Origin: Azolla caroliniana
Taxonomy: Eukaryota; Plantae; Polypodiophyta
Assembly (NCBI GenBank): GCA_043228905.1
Contig: JBHGNT010000018.1
Coordinates: 4,712,001-4,776,000, forward strand
Direction: 5' to 3'
Length of the DNA: 64,000 bases
Shown: positions 36,793-48,600 of the stretch, in pieces
Layout: the number at the start of each line of letters is the position of its first letter
How positions within the stretch are numbered: the stretch's first letter is position 1
Translations under genes and position numbers: made by a program
The notes under the pieces: generated by a model
Told to the model about the DNA's origin: nothing
Seen by the model: the letters and a program-made list of their open reading frames with translations, nothing else
Database searches by the model: none

Positions 36793-39475
36793 CGATCTAC
36801 AATTTGTCACCAACCGAGCTAGAAGTCCTTCGAGCCTATATAGAGGAGATTTTGGAAAATGGTTTCATTCGGCATTCGAAATCTCCAGCTGGCGCACCCA
36901 TTTTATTCGTCAAGAAAAAGGATGGATCACTTCGTCTCATTGTAGATTACCGTGGCCTGAATAAGGTCACCATAAAAAATAGGTATGCACTTCCCCTTAT
37001 CTCAAGTCTTTTAGAACGGATCAATGGTGCAAGGTTCTTCATGAAGATCGACTTACGAGGAGCATATAACCTCATACGGATCTGACCAGGAGATGAATGG
37101 AAGACCGCGTTTCGCACCAGATATGGGCACTTCGAGTATACAGTCATGTCGTTCGGCCTCACTAATGCGCCAACAGTCTTCTAGCACATGGCAAATGATA
37201 TATTCCGAGATCTCTTGGATGTTTGTTTGATCATCTATTTGGATGATCTACTGGTTTATTTGAAGACCCAAGAAGAGCACGATTCTCATGTACTATTAGT
37301 ACTAAAACGACTTCGAGAACATGGACTTTATGCAAAGCTTGAAAAATGTAGTTTCGGGTGCAACCAAGTGGAATTTCTGGGCTATGTCATCTTGTTGAAA
37401 CGCATCTCCATGGATCCAGCTAAGGTCAAAACGGTGGTAGAGTGGTAAACTTCGCATTTGTTGCGAGATGTGCAATGCTTTTTAGGCTTTGCTAATTTCT
37501 ACCGCAAGTTTATACAGGATTACTCAAACCTTGTTCTGTCTCTCACACAACTTACTAAGAAGGGTCAATCGTTCATTTGGTCTGAAGAAGCGGACATGGT
37601 TTTTGAGAATCTTAAGAAGGAATTTACATTGGCTCCTATTTTGGCTCACGCTAATCCAGAAAAACCATTCATCATGGAAGCGGACGTGTCGGATTTCGCA
37701 TTGGGTAACATTCTGTCACAACAAGGTAATGATGAAAAGCTACATCTTGTGGCTTTCCACTCACGCAAGTTTGATGACGCCGAAATCAATTATGAAATTC
37801 ATGATAAGGAGCTATTAGCAATAGTGGACTCTTTTACGCAATGGGGGCATTTTCTAGAGGGATCCTCTCATCAAGTCACCGTATTCAGCGATCACAAAAA
37901 CCTTGCCTACTTTAAGAGTACTCGTGTGTTAAATTGATGTCAAGCTCGATGGGCCCAATTCCTCATGCGTTTTGACTTCAAAATTACATATCATCTGGGG
38001 AAGCACCAAGGGAAGGCAGATGCATTATCACGACGTTCGTATCTAGCACCGTGTCTTGGTGAGCCAACTTTCGATAACCAAAAGCAAGTAATCTTGGGAC
38101 CGGCACGACTACAAGCAACACAGGTCTTCGGCATGCACTTGGATTCCCACGTTATCGATACCATACGTGAGGACTTGAAGACAGATGATTTCGCCCAAGC
38201 CATTCTAGCACATATTGATCCCTCTCGAGCATCTTGTTCATAGTCGCAACAACCAGGTACGGACTATCGACAATTCGAATGTCATGATGGATTACTATTC
38301 TTTAAGAAACTCTTGTATGTTCCTAATGGTTCTTGCCGCCTTCGAGTAGTTCAAAACTGTCATGACACATATACAGTTGGGCATTTTGGTAGTACTAAGA
38401 CATTAGATTTAGTACAATGATCATTCTGGTGGCCATGTATGCGACAATTTGTCGAAGATTTTGTTCAGACTTGTGATACATGTTGCAGAGAAAAAATGCC
38501 AAGGCATCATCCATATGGTTTATTAGAACCATTACCAACTCTAAGCAAGTCGTGGCTATCTATTGCTCTAGATTTCATCACAGATCTTCTAGTCTCTAAG
38601 GGATTCAATGCGATTTTAACAGTAGTAGATCAATATACGAAGATGGCTCATTTCCTACCATGTACTAAGGAAATCTCCAGTGAAGAAACCGCCGAAATTG
38701 TCGTGCGGGAACTATGTCGGCATCATGGCCTTCCTGATAATATCATCAACGACCGTGGACCCCAGTTCGTCTTGAAATTCTGGAAGCACCTTTTTAAAAT
38801 GCTCAAGGTCACTTGTAACCTCTCCTCCGGCTACCACCTGCAAACCAATGGCCAAGCAGAACGAACAAATAAAACACTGGAGTAGTATCTTCGGTGCTTT
38901 CTAAGCTATCTATCATCAGGATGATTGGGCAGATATTCTCCACTTCGCAAAATTTTCCTATAATAACTCTGTCCACTCATCGACTAAAGTTACGCCAGTT
39001 TATGCTTATACGGGTTGTCACCCCCGGTGGTGTGTATTTGAAACCCCAGAGTTACCCACAAATCCTTGCGCAGAGGATCGTTTGGAGTAGTTACGCAAGA
39101 TACAAGCAGATTTATCTACTCATCTACAACAAGCTCAACAAACACACAAGGTTTACGTGGATTGTCATCGGCTTCCATCCAGTTTTAACATTGGAGATCG
39201 GGTATGGCTACTACGACGACACATCAAGACTACTCACCCATGCAAGAAGTTGGATTATCGGCGATTAGGTCCTTTCCGTATTATCGGAAAGTCTGATTAA
39301 TGATGTCGCTTTTCGTCTCTATCTACCCCCGCAATTTTGCATACATCCGGTGTTTCATAGTTCTCTCCTCGAACCCTATCAAGACAACACCATCCCAGGA
39401 CGTATTCCACAACCTCCACCCCCAATCGAGCTTGAAGATGGACTTGAGTACGAGGTTTCCGCCATCCTCGTGACA
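36793..39475 (+). mobile_element. Chromovirus pol (RT, RNase H, integrase, GPF motif, start of chromodomain); probably the continuation of copy 2
   Basis: [70 protein letters not shown] and EDGLEYEVSAIL (chromodomain start, truncated). Confidence 0.92.
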
Positions 39476-39477
39476 CT

Positions 39478-39764
39478 TGTCATGACATTAAAATATAGCT
39501 TTAAAAGAACAAATGAGCTAGCCTAATGGTATGTGCCTTGTGTTTGGTATGTGAGGTTGTGCGTTCAAGTCTCTCAAATGTTATTCAATACAATATTTTA
39601 GCTTATTTTTCTATCGTGAAGCAAATCCTTCACGACACCTAGACCCCCACATGCTCCTACTCATTGAGGCTTCATACTCTATATAACCTTTTACAAAGAT
39701 TTGAATAAGCTCATATAAATTGATAGAGGTTATTTTCTCATCGTGGCATGGAAACGTCATGACA
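39478..39764. mobile_element. Solo-LTR-like element (287 bp) with a tRNA-like A/B-box module
   Basis: Termini TGTCATGAC / GTCATGACA. Plus-strand TAGCCTAATGG...GTTCAAGTCT at about 39519-39572. The flanks ACACT/ACGCG do not form a TSD. Confidence 0.7.
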
Positions 39765-42700
39765 ACGCGGTGCTAGATACGCGTATCGTGATAAAGCATC
39801 TACCTTCCCTTGCTGCTTCCTAGGACGATATGTAATTTTGAACGAAACGAGTGATGAATTTGGGCCCACTGAGCTTGACGTTGATTTAAAACACGAGCAT
39901 TCTGGAAGTAGGCAAGATTTTTGTGATCATTGAATACGGTGACTTGATGAGAAGATCCCTCTAGGAAATGCCTCCATTGCATAAAAGAGTCCACTATTGC
40001 TAATAGCTCTTTATTGTGAATTTCATAGTTGATTTCAGCGGCATCAAACTTGAGCGAGTGGAAAGCCACAGGATGTAGCTTTTCATCATCGCCTTGTTGT
40101 GAAAGAATGCTACCCAAGGCGAAATCCGACGCGTCTATCTCAATGATGAATGGTTTTCCCGGATCAACATGAGCTAGAATAGGAGCCTTCTTAAGACTCT
40201 CAAAAGCCATGTCCACTTCTTCAGACCAAACAAATGATTGCCCCTTCTTGGTAAACTGTGTGAGAGGCAGAATAATCTTGTATAAACTTGTGGTAGAAAT
40301 TCGCAAAGCCTAAAAAGCATTGCACATCTTGCAATGAACTTGGAGTCTGCCACTCTACCACAATTTTGACCTTAGCTGGATCCATAGAGAGGCCTTCCGG
40401 GGAGATGACATAACCTAGAAATTCCACCTGGTTGCACTCGAAACTACATTTTTCTAGTTTTGCATAAAGACCATGTTCTTGAAGCCGTTTTAGTACTAAC
40501 AGTACATGAGAATCATGCTCTTCTTGGGTCTTCGAGTAAACGAGTAGATCATCAAAATAGATGATCAAACAAACATCCAAGAGATCTCGGAATATATCAT
40601 TTGCCATGTGCTGGAAGACTACTGGCAGATTAGTGAGACCAAATGGCATGATTGTATACTTGAAGTGCCCATATCTGGCGGAAACGCGGTCTTCCATTCA
40701 TCTCCTGGTCGGATCCGTATGAGGTTATATGCTCCTCGTAAGTAGATCTTTGTGAAGAACGTTGCACCATTGATCCGTTCTACAAGACTTGAGATAAGGG
40801 GAAGTGCATACCTATTCCTGATGGTGACCTTATTCAAGCCACGGTAGTGTACGACGAGATGAAGTGATCCATCCTTTTACTCGAAGTGCCCATATCTGGC
40901 GGAAACGCGGTCTTCCATTCATCTCCTGGTTGGATCCATACGAGGTTATATGCTCCTTGTAAGTAGATCTTTGTGAAGAACGTTGCACCATTGATCCGTT
41001 CTACAAGACTTGAGATAAGGGGAAGTGCATACCTATTCTTGATGGTGACCTTATTCAAGCCACAGTAGTGTACGACGAGACGAAGTCCCAAAACCATGGT
41101 AATCCCAAAACAATGGGATGTTCTGGGCTACTAATTATATTGAATGATACTTCAAACGCTAAATTATCTAGGACAATATTAATTGGCTTTGACTCTTCTA
41201 TGATATTCCCGGAAGCAATGGGACAACCATCAATGACTACTACAGAGGCTGGACAAGGGATTTTTCTTAGGGATATTTGATGAGGTTTGACAAAATTCCT
41301 ATCCATGAAACAAGAATTAGCCCCGGAATCTAGGAGTGCTAAGACATGTACTGGAGGGGTACTTTTAGTACTAACTATTACTAGAGCTAAGAACACATTG
41401 TTAACTTGCTTAGAGGGAATGGAACCACTAATGGGTTGCACAGATCTAGGGCTGCCCAACCAAACGACTCCTATTTTTGCTGAACTTAGTTGTTTAACTC
41501 CTCTTCTAATTGACTAAGGACAAAAAATTTGTTCGATAGATTTGGGCTATTAGTACTATTAGGACTATTAGATATTCCTACGAAAATAGACTCGTGTTTA
41601 GTACAATTAGAACTAGCAACTATTTGGTTTACCTGTCTTCTTGGCCTATGGGGATAGTTCACTACAATATGCCCTGGTCCACTGCAATAAAGACATAGTT
41701 GATTTGCTTGGCGTCGCTGCTTTTCCTCTTCCGATAATGGTCCGCGACGATGTGGAGTATTTTGTTGGAGACGCATTATATGATTCCCTTGGAACAAGTT
41801 TTGCTACCACTGAGGCATAGGTGGGCTTTGATCTTGTCCTTGGCATCTAGAACTGACGTTCCTAACGTCGTTCAAAAAGACGGTTATCGCATCGCACCAC
41901 ACGACTAATCGCTTCTATCAATGACTTTGGGTTTTCAAGGAAAGTTAAGAGTAAATCCTTAACATCGTTATGTAGGCCAAAACGAAATTGTTCCATGAAT
42001 GCTTGGTCATCCTAGGGAATATCGATGGCGAGAAGACGGAAATCCGTAGCATAAGCCAAGGTCGGCCGCTCACCTTGGCGCAATCTCCGGATTTTGTTAA
42101 TTGCCGTCCTAACACTGTCGGTATCTCCGAAACAAGCTTTAAAATCGATAATAAACTCTTCAAAATTATTTAACAAGGAGGAGCTTATTTCTAACAGGGG
42201 GGCAAACCATGCCAAAGTTGTGCCACTAAGTAGAGTGCCTACTAGTCCCACTCTTGATGCATCGGTGGGATATCGAGAAGGATGCATTTGAATCACTACA
42301 TGTACTTGATTCAAAAAACCTCTGAACTGTGATTAGGTCCCGTCAAATTTTGTAGGAAGTTCGATCTTGGGTTCTTTGTCCTTGTTGTTGTAATGATATA
42401 ATAGTCGCTTCACGTTTTTGTACACGTAACGTCAGCTCCCTGTGTTGTTGTTTTTCCAACGCTATTTGTTGAAGATCCCCCAACAAACGGTGATTTTCTT
42501 GTTCTAGTGCTACAAATTTCTCTTTTAAGCATTGGAGCTATGAGAAAACAGATTGGTATTCCTGAGCGCTAACAGTTGCCATTTTACTAGGGAGGATAAG
42601 AGGATTAGTACGAAGGGAATGAGGGATAAGAGGATGAGGAGGGAAGGAAAAATCGGTTCAAACTATCAGGAATAGTACTAAAACAGAGAGAGAATTAGTA

Positions 42701-43113
42701 CTAGAGAAGGGAAGTACTATGAGGATCAGTACTAAGAAGAAGGGACAACGTAAGACTCACAAGAGAGGAAGAGAGAAAAGGATATATATATATAATATAC
42801 AGAGAGAGAGAGAATGATGATAACCAGACGATATATTATATGAAGAGGTAAGTACAAAATAGCTATGAGGCTTAAGACAGGTGTTGAACCGATTTGGTTT
42901 GAGAATAATGCCTTGTGCCTCATTTTATACTATTTTCAGGAGTACTCCTAAAGTTTCTAGAATGTTCCAGAGAAATATGGAATATACATCAAATTTCTAA
43001 AGTGAAATAATAAATGAAGATATTATCCTTTGTATTACAATATATAGTTTAATGGCAAGCGCTCGACCCATGTAAAATAAGGTCATGGGTTCAAATCTTG
43101 CCATATCATGACA
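39765..43113 (-). mobile_element. Chromovirus copy 3: 5' LTR 42664-43113, gag, protease, RT (internal deletion plus ~240-bp tandem duplication), RNase H; 3' truncated
   Basis: Homologous to copies 1 and 2 and to pol 36793-38050. The segment NKVTI(R/K)[17 protein letters not shown] is duplicated at about 40660-40860 and 40880-41085. Confidence 0.9.
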
Positions 43114-43955
43114 CCTGCTTTCCTCGACCCGTCCAGTTCTGCGTTACTTGACCTTCTCGGTCGGCTTGTCTACTCAGAAGGCCCTTTTCAGCTCCCTTGT
43201 TATTGCGACTTCGACACTTCTTGACCCGTTGGTCCCCTCCGTGTCGGTGTCGACTTCTGCTGCCTTCCTCGTCCATTTGCCCTTTTGTTGATTTGGCTCC
43301 TCCGAATCAAACACCTCTTCCGAATCGGCTACCTCCAATTCATTCCAACACTTGTCTGAATTGGTTGTCTCCAATTCGTCATCAACCTTCAGCCCCTTCA
43401 CCACGTCCGAGTCTTGGCCTTCTCCTTTCGGTTGGCTCTGTCCTTCTTGACTCTGCTACCGTCACCCGCTTATTCCGGCTTTATCGGATGTGCCAACTTC
43501 TTCAGTCGACTCAACTTTCCTTTTTCCTCTTGTCTCCCCCTACTTCGGTTGGCTTTGGCTTGGGCTATCCATTCTAGTGGCTCCCCCTACGTCCGGTCTT
43601 GGCTTTCTTGACCGACCTATGCACTACGACTTCTTTAGTCGGGCCAAAGTCAAAATTGGTTTCCCGACTCAGCTTTATGGTCTTCTTTTTGGAATCCTCC
43701 TTTCATTCCTCCCCCTCAAGCTCGGCAAATCGAGGTACTGGACACCCAGTGCACCGTTCTCTCGGGTGAAGTGGAACTATTGCATGTTTTGACAGTTCAC
43801 ACCCAACACTAAGCACATTGAGGTGCACTATCATTTTGTCTGAGATTGCGTTCTCTCAGGTGAAGTGGAACTGCTGCATGTTTCCCACGGATCAACAAGT
43901 GGCCAATATCTTCACCAAAACCCCTCAGCTTAGACAAGTTGCAACATTTTTCCCA
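43114..43955. mobile_element. Copia B 3' fragments: post-pol region on minus (43114-43752) and an inverted RNase H C-terminus on plus (43753-43955)
   Basis: Plus strand: TKHIEVHYHFV..DQQVANIFTK..LDKLQHF. The minus strand continues GALGVQYLDLPSLRG. Confidence 0.75.
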
Positions 43956-44367
43956 TATATAGAACACGCGTGCACACACACACACACACACATGTTGTAC
44001 ATACAATACATACATACACACATGCCATATACACAATACATACATAAGCACATGCATAGAACATACACAATTACCCAATATAGTAGATACATACATACAA
44101 CAGATGCAATATAATACATACATATGCACACACACCAAATATACATACATACGTAAGGCACATGTACACACACACACACCACACACACACACACACACTA
44201 CAACATTATTTTTAAAACGCGTGAGTACTCACGCTAATTGTTTCAAAAAAAGGGGGGAAGAAAAGGGGGAGGGGGATTACATTAGTGTTTTCGGGGGGGG
44301 GGGTACTGGAATGAAGAGAATGAAAGGGAGGGGAGTATACATATTTTGATGTGGGGCAAGAAGAGGG

Positions 44368-44910
44368 AGAGACAGATTGAAACCGTGGCGGAAAACTCAA
44401 CGGCCACAACAACTGGCTCACCTCCATTTCTTGCCCCATCATCGATGGGTACATGATTGTCTCTGCTTCTCGAGACAAGTTTCTTGTTGTGTGGTCCCTC
44501 ACCCGAGACGAAACTATGGCAATACGAAGAAATGCCCCACAAGTCATGGTCACTTCGTATAAGATGTTGCCATCTCTTCCAATAGGAAGTTTGCTCTATC
44601 AGTATCAGGGAGTTGGGATGGAGAGCTTCATCTGTGGGATCTCTACTCCGGTGCTACAAACCGCTGATTCACTAGACACTCTAAAGACGTTCTGAGCGTT
44701 GCCTTCTCTGCAGACAATCATCATATCGTTTCCACGTCGAGAGATCGATTCATCAAGCTTTGGAACACTCTCGGCGAGTGCAACTATACTATCCAAGATA
44801 GATGCACACACCGGTTGGGTATCATATGTTACTTGTCACCTGTTACTGCGAATCCTATCATGGTTTATGGTTCATGGGACAAATATGTGGTGTGGAACCT
44901 TAATAACCTT
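44368..44910 (+). pseudogene. RACK1: RACK1 (WD40 scaffold / ribosomal protein) N-terminal fragment with stops and frameshifts
   Basis: [78 protein letters not shown] and GSWDK..VWNL match plant RACK1 WD repeats 1-4 in order. Confidence 0.9.
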
Positions 44911-45197
44911 AAATCACCCACTAATTACAACAATAGGTCATAGTTGGGAGCTCCTCCACACAAAGGAATATTATATGAAAATCCATCCATGCTATTGCAA
45001 GTGAGTTGATATAAAAAGTTCGACATTATGGGTTGTATGTACAGTTGTTGTAATCATGTTGTGTAGTTTTTCTCCTCCTAATGATTTTTCCATGGGTATG
45101 GTATTTTTACGCAACAAACATTAAGAAATATGCATTTTTGTTGAAAGAATTGTCAATTTTGGGTCAGATATTAAAATAATTTTATTTATACTTGCAA

Positions 45198-46003
45198 GTT
45201 GGGAAAGTGTGGAAAATGGATCAACCAAATAATTATCCAAAAGTTGTTGTCGCATGCAGGTAATGACATGCATGTTTAATGTGTTTTGTGAGCATTTTGT
45301 TTATGCTTTCACTTCAAAAGTTTCATTGTTTAATACAATCATAAAATGTAGTTCTTGAAGAATTTTAAATTGGGATTTTTTTTTTCGAATGATTCTCAAC
45401 GCTCATAGGCGTGGCTATCATTTGGGCCTATGCATACCTCCTGACACCAATGGGAGCCTACAGACATACATGCCTTTGATGTTATTGCTTCCAATTGCTA
45501 GATTGATCGAGCGTCATTGGTTGTTTCATCACCTTGGTAATTTGAGCCATATTGATTGTTTCTATTGTTCATTGCACAATATAACATCGTTTTTGAAGTG
45601 TGGGCAATTAGATAGAGTCACCCTTTGAAAATCAATAAATATAAGTGATGCGAATGTATATCTCAATGTTATCTATTTTTGGGCAAGGAAGAACATGTAA
45701 GGGCATGATGTAACACGATGGTGAATAACACTTACATAAATGTGTTACTCATGGATAAATATTGGATACACATTTTTTGGTCATATAAAATCATTGTTCC
45801 TCTACCGATTCTCTTTTAGTAATTCCTAGTTATATATTGCAAGTTATATGTATCTAAGTTGATATTTAGATGGAACATCAAGGTTGCCGAAATTGTGAAT
45901 TTCTAAGCTTTGCATTCCTTATACTCTTCAATGGGGTGCTTCGACATTTCATGCAAGTCATATGGTCAACATGATGGTTGCAGTGCTAGTTTCCATGGTT
46001 GAG
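45198..46003 (+). pseudogene. NAT: Nucleobase-ascorbate transporter (NAT/NCS2) internal fragment: three exons (~45198-45259, 45352-45536, 45907-46003) with introns retained
   Basis: VGK.VENG...Q|gt; FLKNFK...FE*FSTLIGVAIIWAYAYLLT..GAYRH..NC*IDRASLVVSSPW|gt; LCIPYTLQWGASTFHASH...MMVAVLVSMVE|gt. These match plant NAT1/2-type motifs. Confidence 0.82.
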
Positions 46004-47450
46004 GTAAATTTGTCATGTTAAAGTATGTTACTAATACAAGAGGCATAATTGAAACTCTATTTTGGTTTTATTTGTTGTGAATTGGATACATGAATTCCCA
46101 CAATGTGTTTTCATTATGTAACAGTTAATTTGTCAAGACCAAACCTATCTATGATAAATATTGTTGTTGAGACCAAACCTTTCAGATTAGATGTTCTTGA
46201 ATCTGAACCTTTGTGGGTTCCATAGCTTACTTGCTATGTTTCTTTCGTAGAGAGATTAAGGGCTATGGCTATGGAAGAGATGTTTAAAGGTTAAAAGAAT
46301 TGTGTGTGGTTGCATTGTAGGAACTTAAGGACTTAAATGCTGAAGTTTTCTTAGAGAAAAACTCAGTATGTGTTTGTTTTGGCATTGTAGCAACTTCATG
46401 TAGTGAAGTTCTTTCTCAAGTTGAATGTTGTGAATTATTCTTGCACATCACATGGTATATTCTTGTTATGATATATCTTCTGTTAGATATATCATTTTTC
46501 ACTTCCATGAAACCACGATATATGCAATGTTACATAGGCATGTCAAAGAAGATGGCATTGAAGGTGATCCTATTCTTTGAATGAAGGTGGTGTGAAGACA
46601 CACATACTCTCCACGCTCACATACATGAAAATATACATACAAACAAGCAAACATACATTCATACATACACACACAACAAACACATTCTAAACAAAAGAAA
46701 TGTAGAAAAGAAAAACAAAAAATACAAAAATGAAGAAATAAATAAATAAATACTTGTTAAAAATAGTAAAAACAAAAAATAAACACGTTGCAAAATTATT
46801 GTATGTGAGTGATGCCAATAGTGATGAGTTTTGGCATCACCACCAACCTATTTTATTGTGACATGTATAGAATACACATTCACATAGATCTAACATGCAC
46901 ATATTTAGAACACATATATACATACATACATAGACACACTGAACATAGACACATAGACACATGGCATAATACAATACATACAACACGTGCAATACAGTAC
47001 AATACATACATACATACATAAACATGGAATACAATATAGTACATGTATACATACACATGCAATACAATACAATACATAAACATGGAATACAACACAATAC
47101 ATACATACATACACATGCAATACAATACAATACATAGACATGGAATACAACACAATACATACACATAACATATACATACATACATACAACCATGCATAAA
47201 ATATGCCCAACTCATTCAAATAATACAATGCAGATTGATATACATCTCTATGATATACATGCGTTTTTCTATGTAAGGGTATTTTAAATAGTTGTTGTCA
47301 AAATATATATTGACAATAAGGGGTATTTTTATTAACTGTTTTTTTACAAAAGGGTTCTAAAATAGTGAAAAAACATATGTATAAGGGGTTTATAAAAGAT
47401 ATCTTGAACGCACGTGATACAACCTCTTTAAATATAGTGGAGCCCCCGGG

Positions 47451-47722
47451 CCCCAAACACTTATATACGCAAGAAAGAGTAGTCCTTTTACGAGGGAGTT
47501 TGTTGGCATAAAAGCCCGACTCCTTCCGATTTGTATCCATCCTAGTGTGAACTCGTCCACATAGTTAGGGCTTAGTATATAAGCAATAACCTAACGTTGT
47601 AAAGACAGAAGAGATACACATTGTATCAAGTCTCTGCCTTCCTTCCTTTCTGTGTTGTTTTCCGAGTACGCAAACAGGTTCCCATACGCTTCCGCATATG
47701 CACACACCTACCAAACCCTCTA
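47451..47722 (+). mobile_element. LTR fragment displaced by inversion (continues the Copia C PPT end at 52003-52020)
   Basis: Begins with the TSD copy CCCCAAAC, contains TATATAA and ends CTCTACA. Confidence 0.6.
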
Positions 47723-48559
47723 CACTCTCCGGATTAGTGGATTGAATCCGAATTGGTTGAGCCGGAGTGCTCAACCGGATGACGAGCTGGCGAGTAGTGA
47801 GGACTCAGTAGTGCTCTCCCACGTAAGGAGCCGAGGAGACAGTTCATGCGCAGAGAAAAGGGGAAGAAGAAGATGCTGGAATACGACACCGACAGAGATG
47901 AGTTGGATTGGAACGAATCCGACTCCGAACAGAACGAAGATGGACCTTCTGAAGAGAAGTCCAAGATGGCCAAGAAGGCCATGAAATCGGCGAATCCGGA
48001 ATTGTGCCAATCCACCCGCCAGAAGAACCTTGTGAAGAGGTACGGGTATAATGAATATATGGCACATCATTATTGTTGAGAGGTGTTGCCATAGACTTGC
48101 ACTCAGTCATCCCGAACTTGTATAACAAGTTGAGAATGTAGTGCCGTTGGGAGATCATAATCTCGGCTACAAGCCGAATGTACCGGATACCGTCCGAACC
48201 GGATACGAGCCGAAGTGGACATCAACCAAAGTAGCCGACCAAAATTGAGCTTGAGGGGGCGTGTTGAGAATCAAGCTCAACCTAGTCTAGTGTGTGAACA
48301 CACCCTTGAGAGTGTGCACTCAAAGGTCAAAAGTCACCACTCTTATCCACACATTAACTATGTGTGATAGAATCATATTCTATGACACATAACTAATGAG
48401 CTTTCACATTCCCCATGACCCATGAGCTTCAGTAGTTAATAAAGAGAGAGAGTGACTATATAAATCACTCTCCTCCTACTTTGTAATAGGTTAATTAATC
48501 TCCTTTGTAATATACATTTGTCTTGAGTATTCTATTGTCTTTCAAATCTATCTATCTTG

Positions 48560-48600
<41 letters not shown>

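Larger units (their letters stand above)
43956..47450 (+). mobile_element. One arm of a non-autonomous Pack-type DNA transposon (ends ...AGTGGAGCCCCCGGG) with TACA/CA arrays and captured host-gene fragments
   Basis: Terminus 47436-47450 matches 51988-52002 (14/15). It is followed by CCCCAAAC, the reverse complement of GTTTGGGG after the other end (8-bp TSD). Confidence 0.75.
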
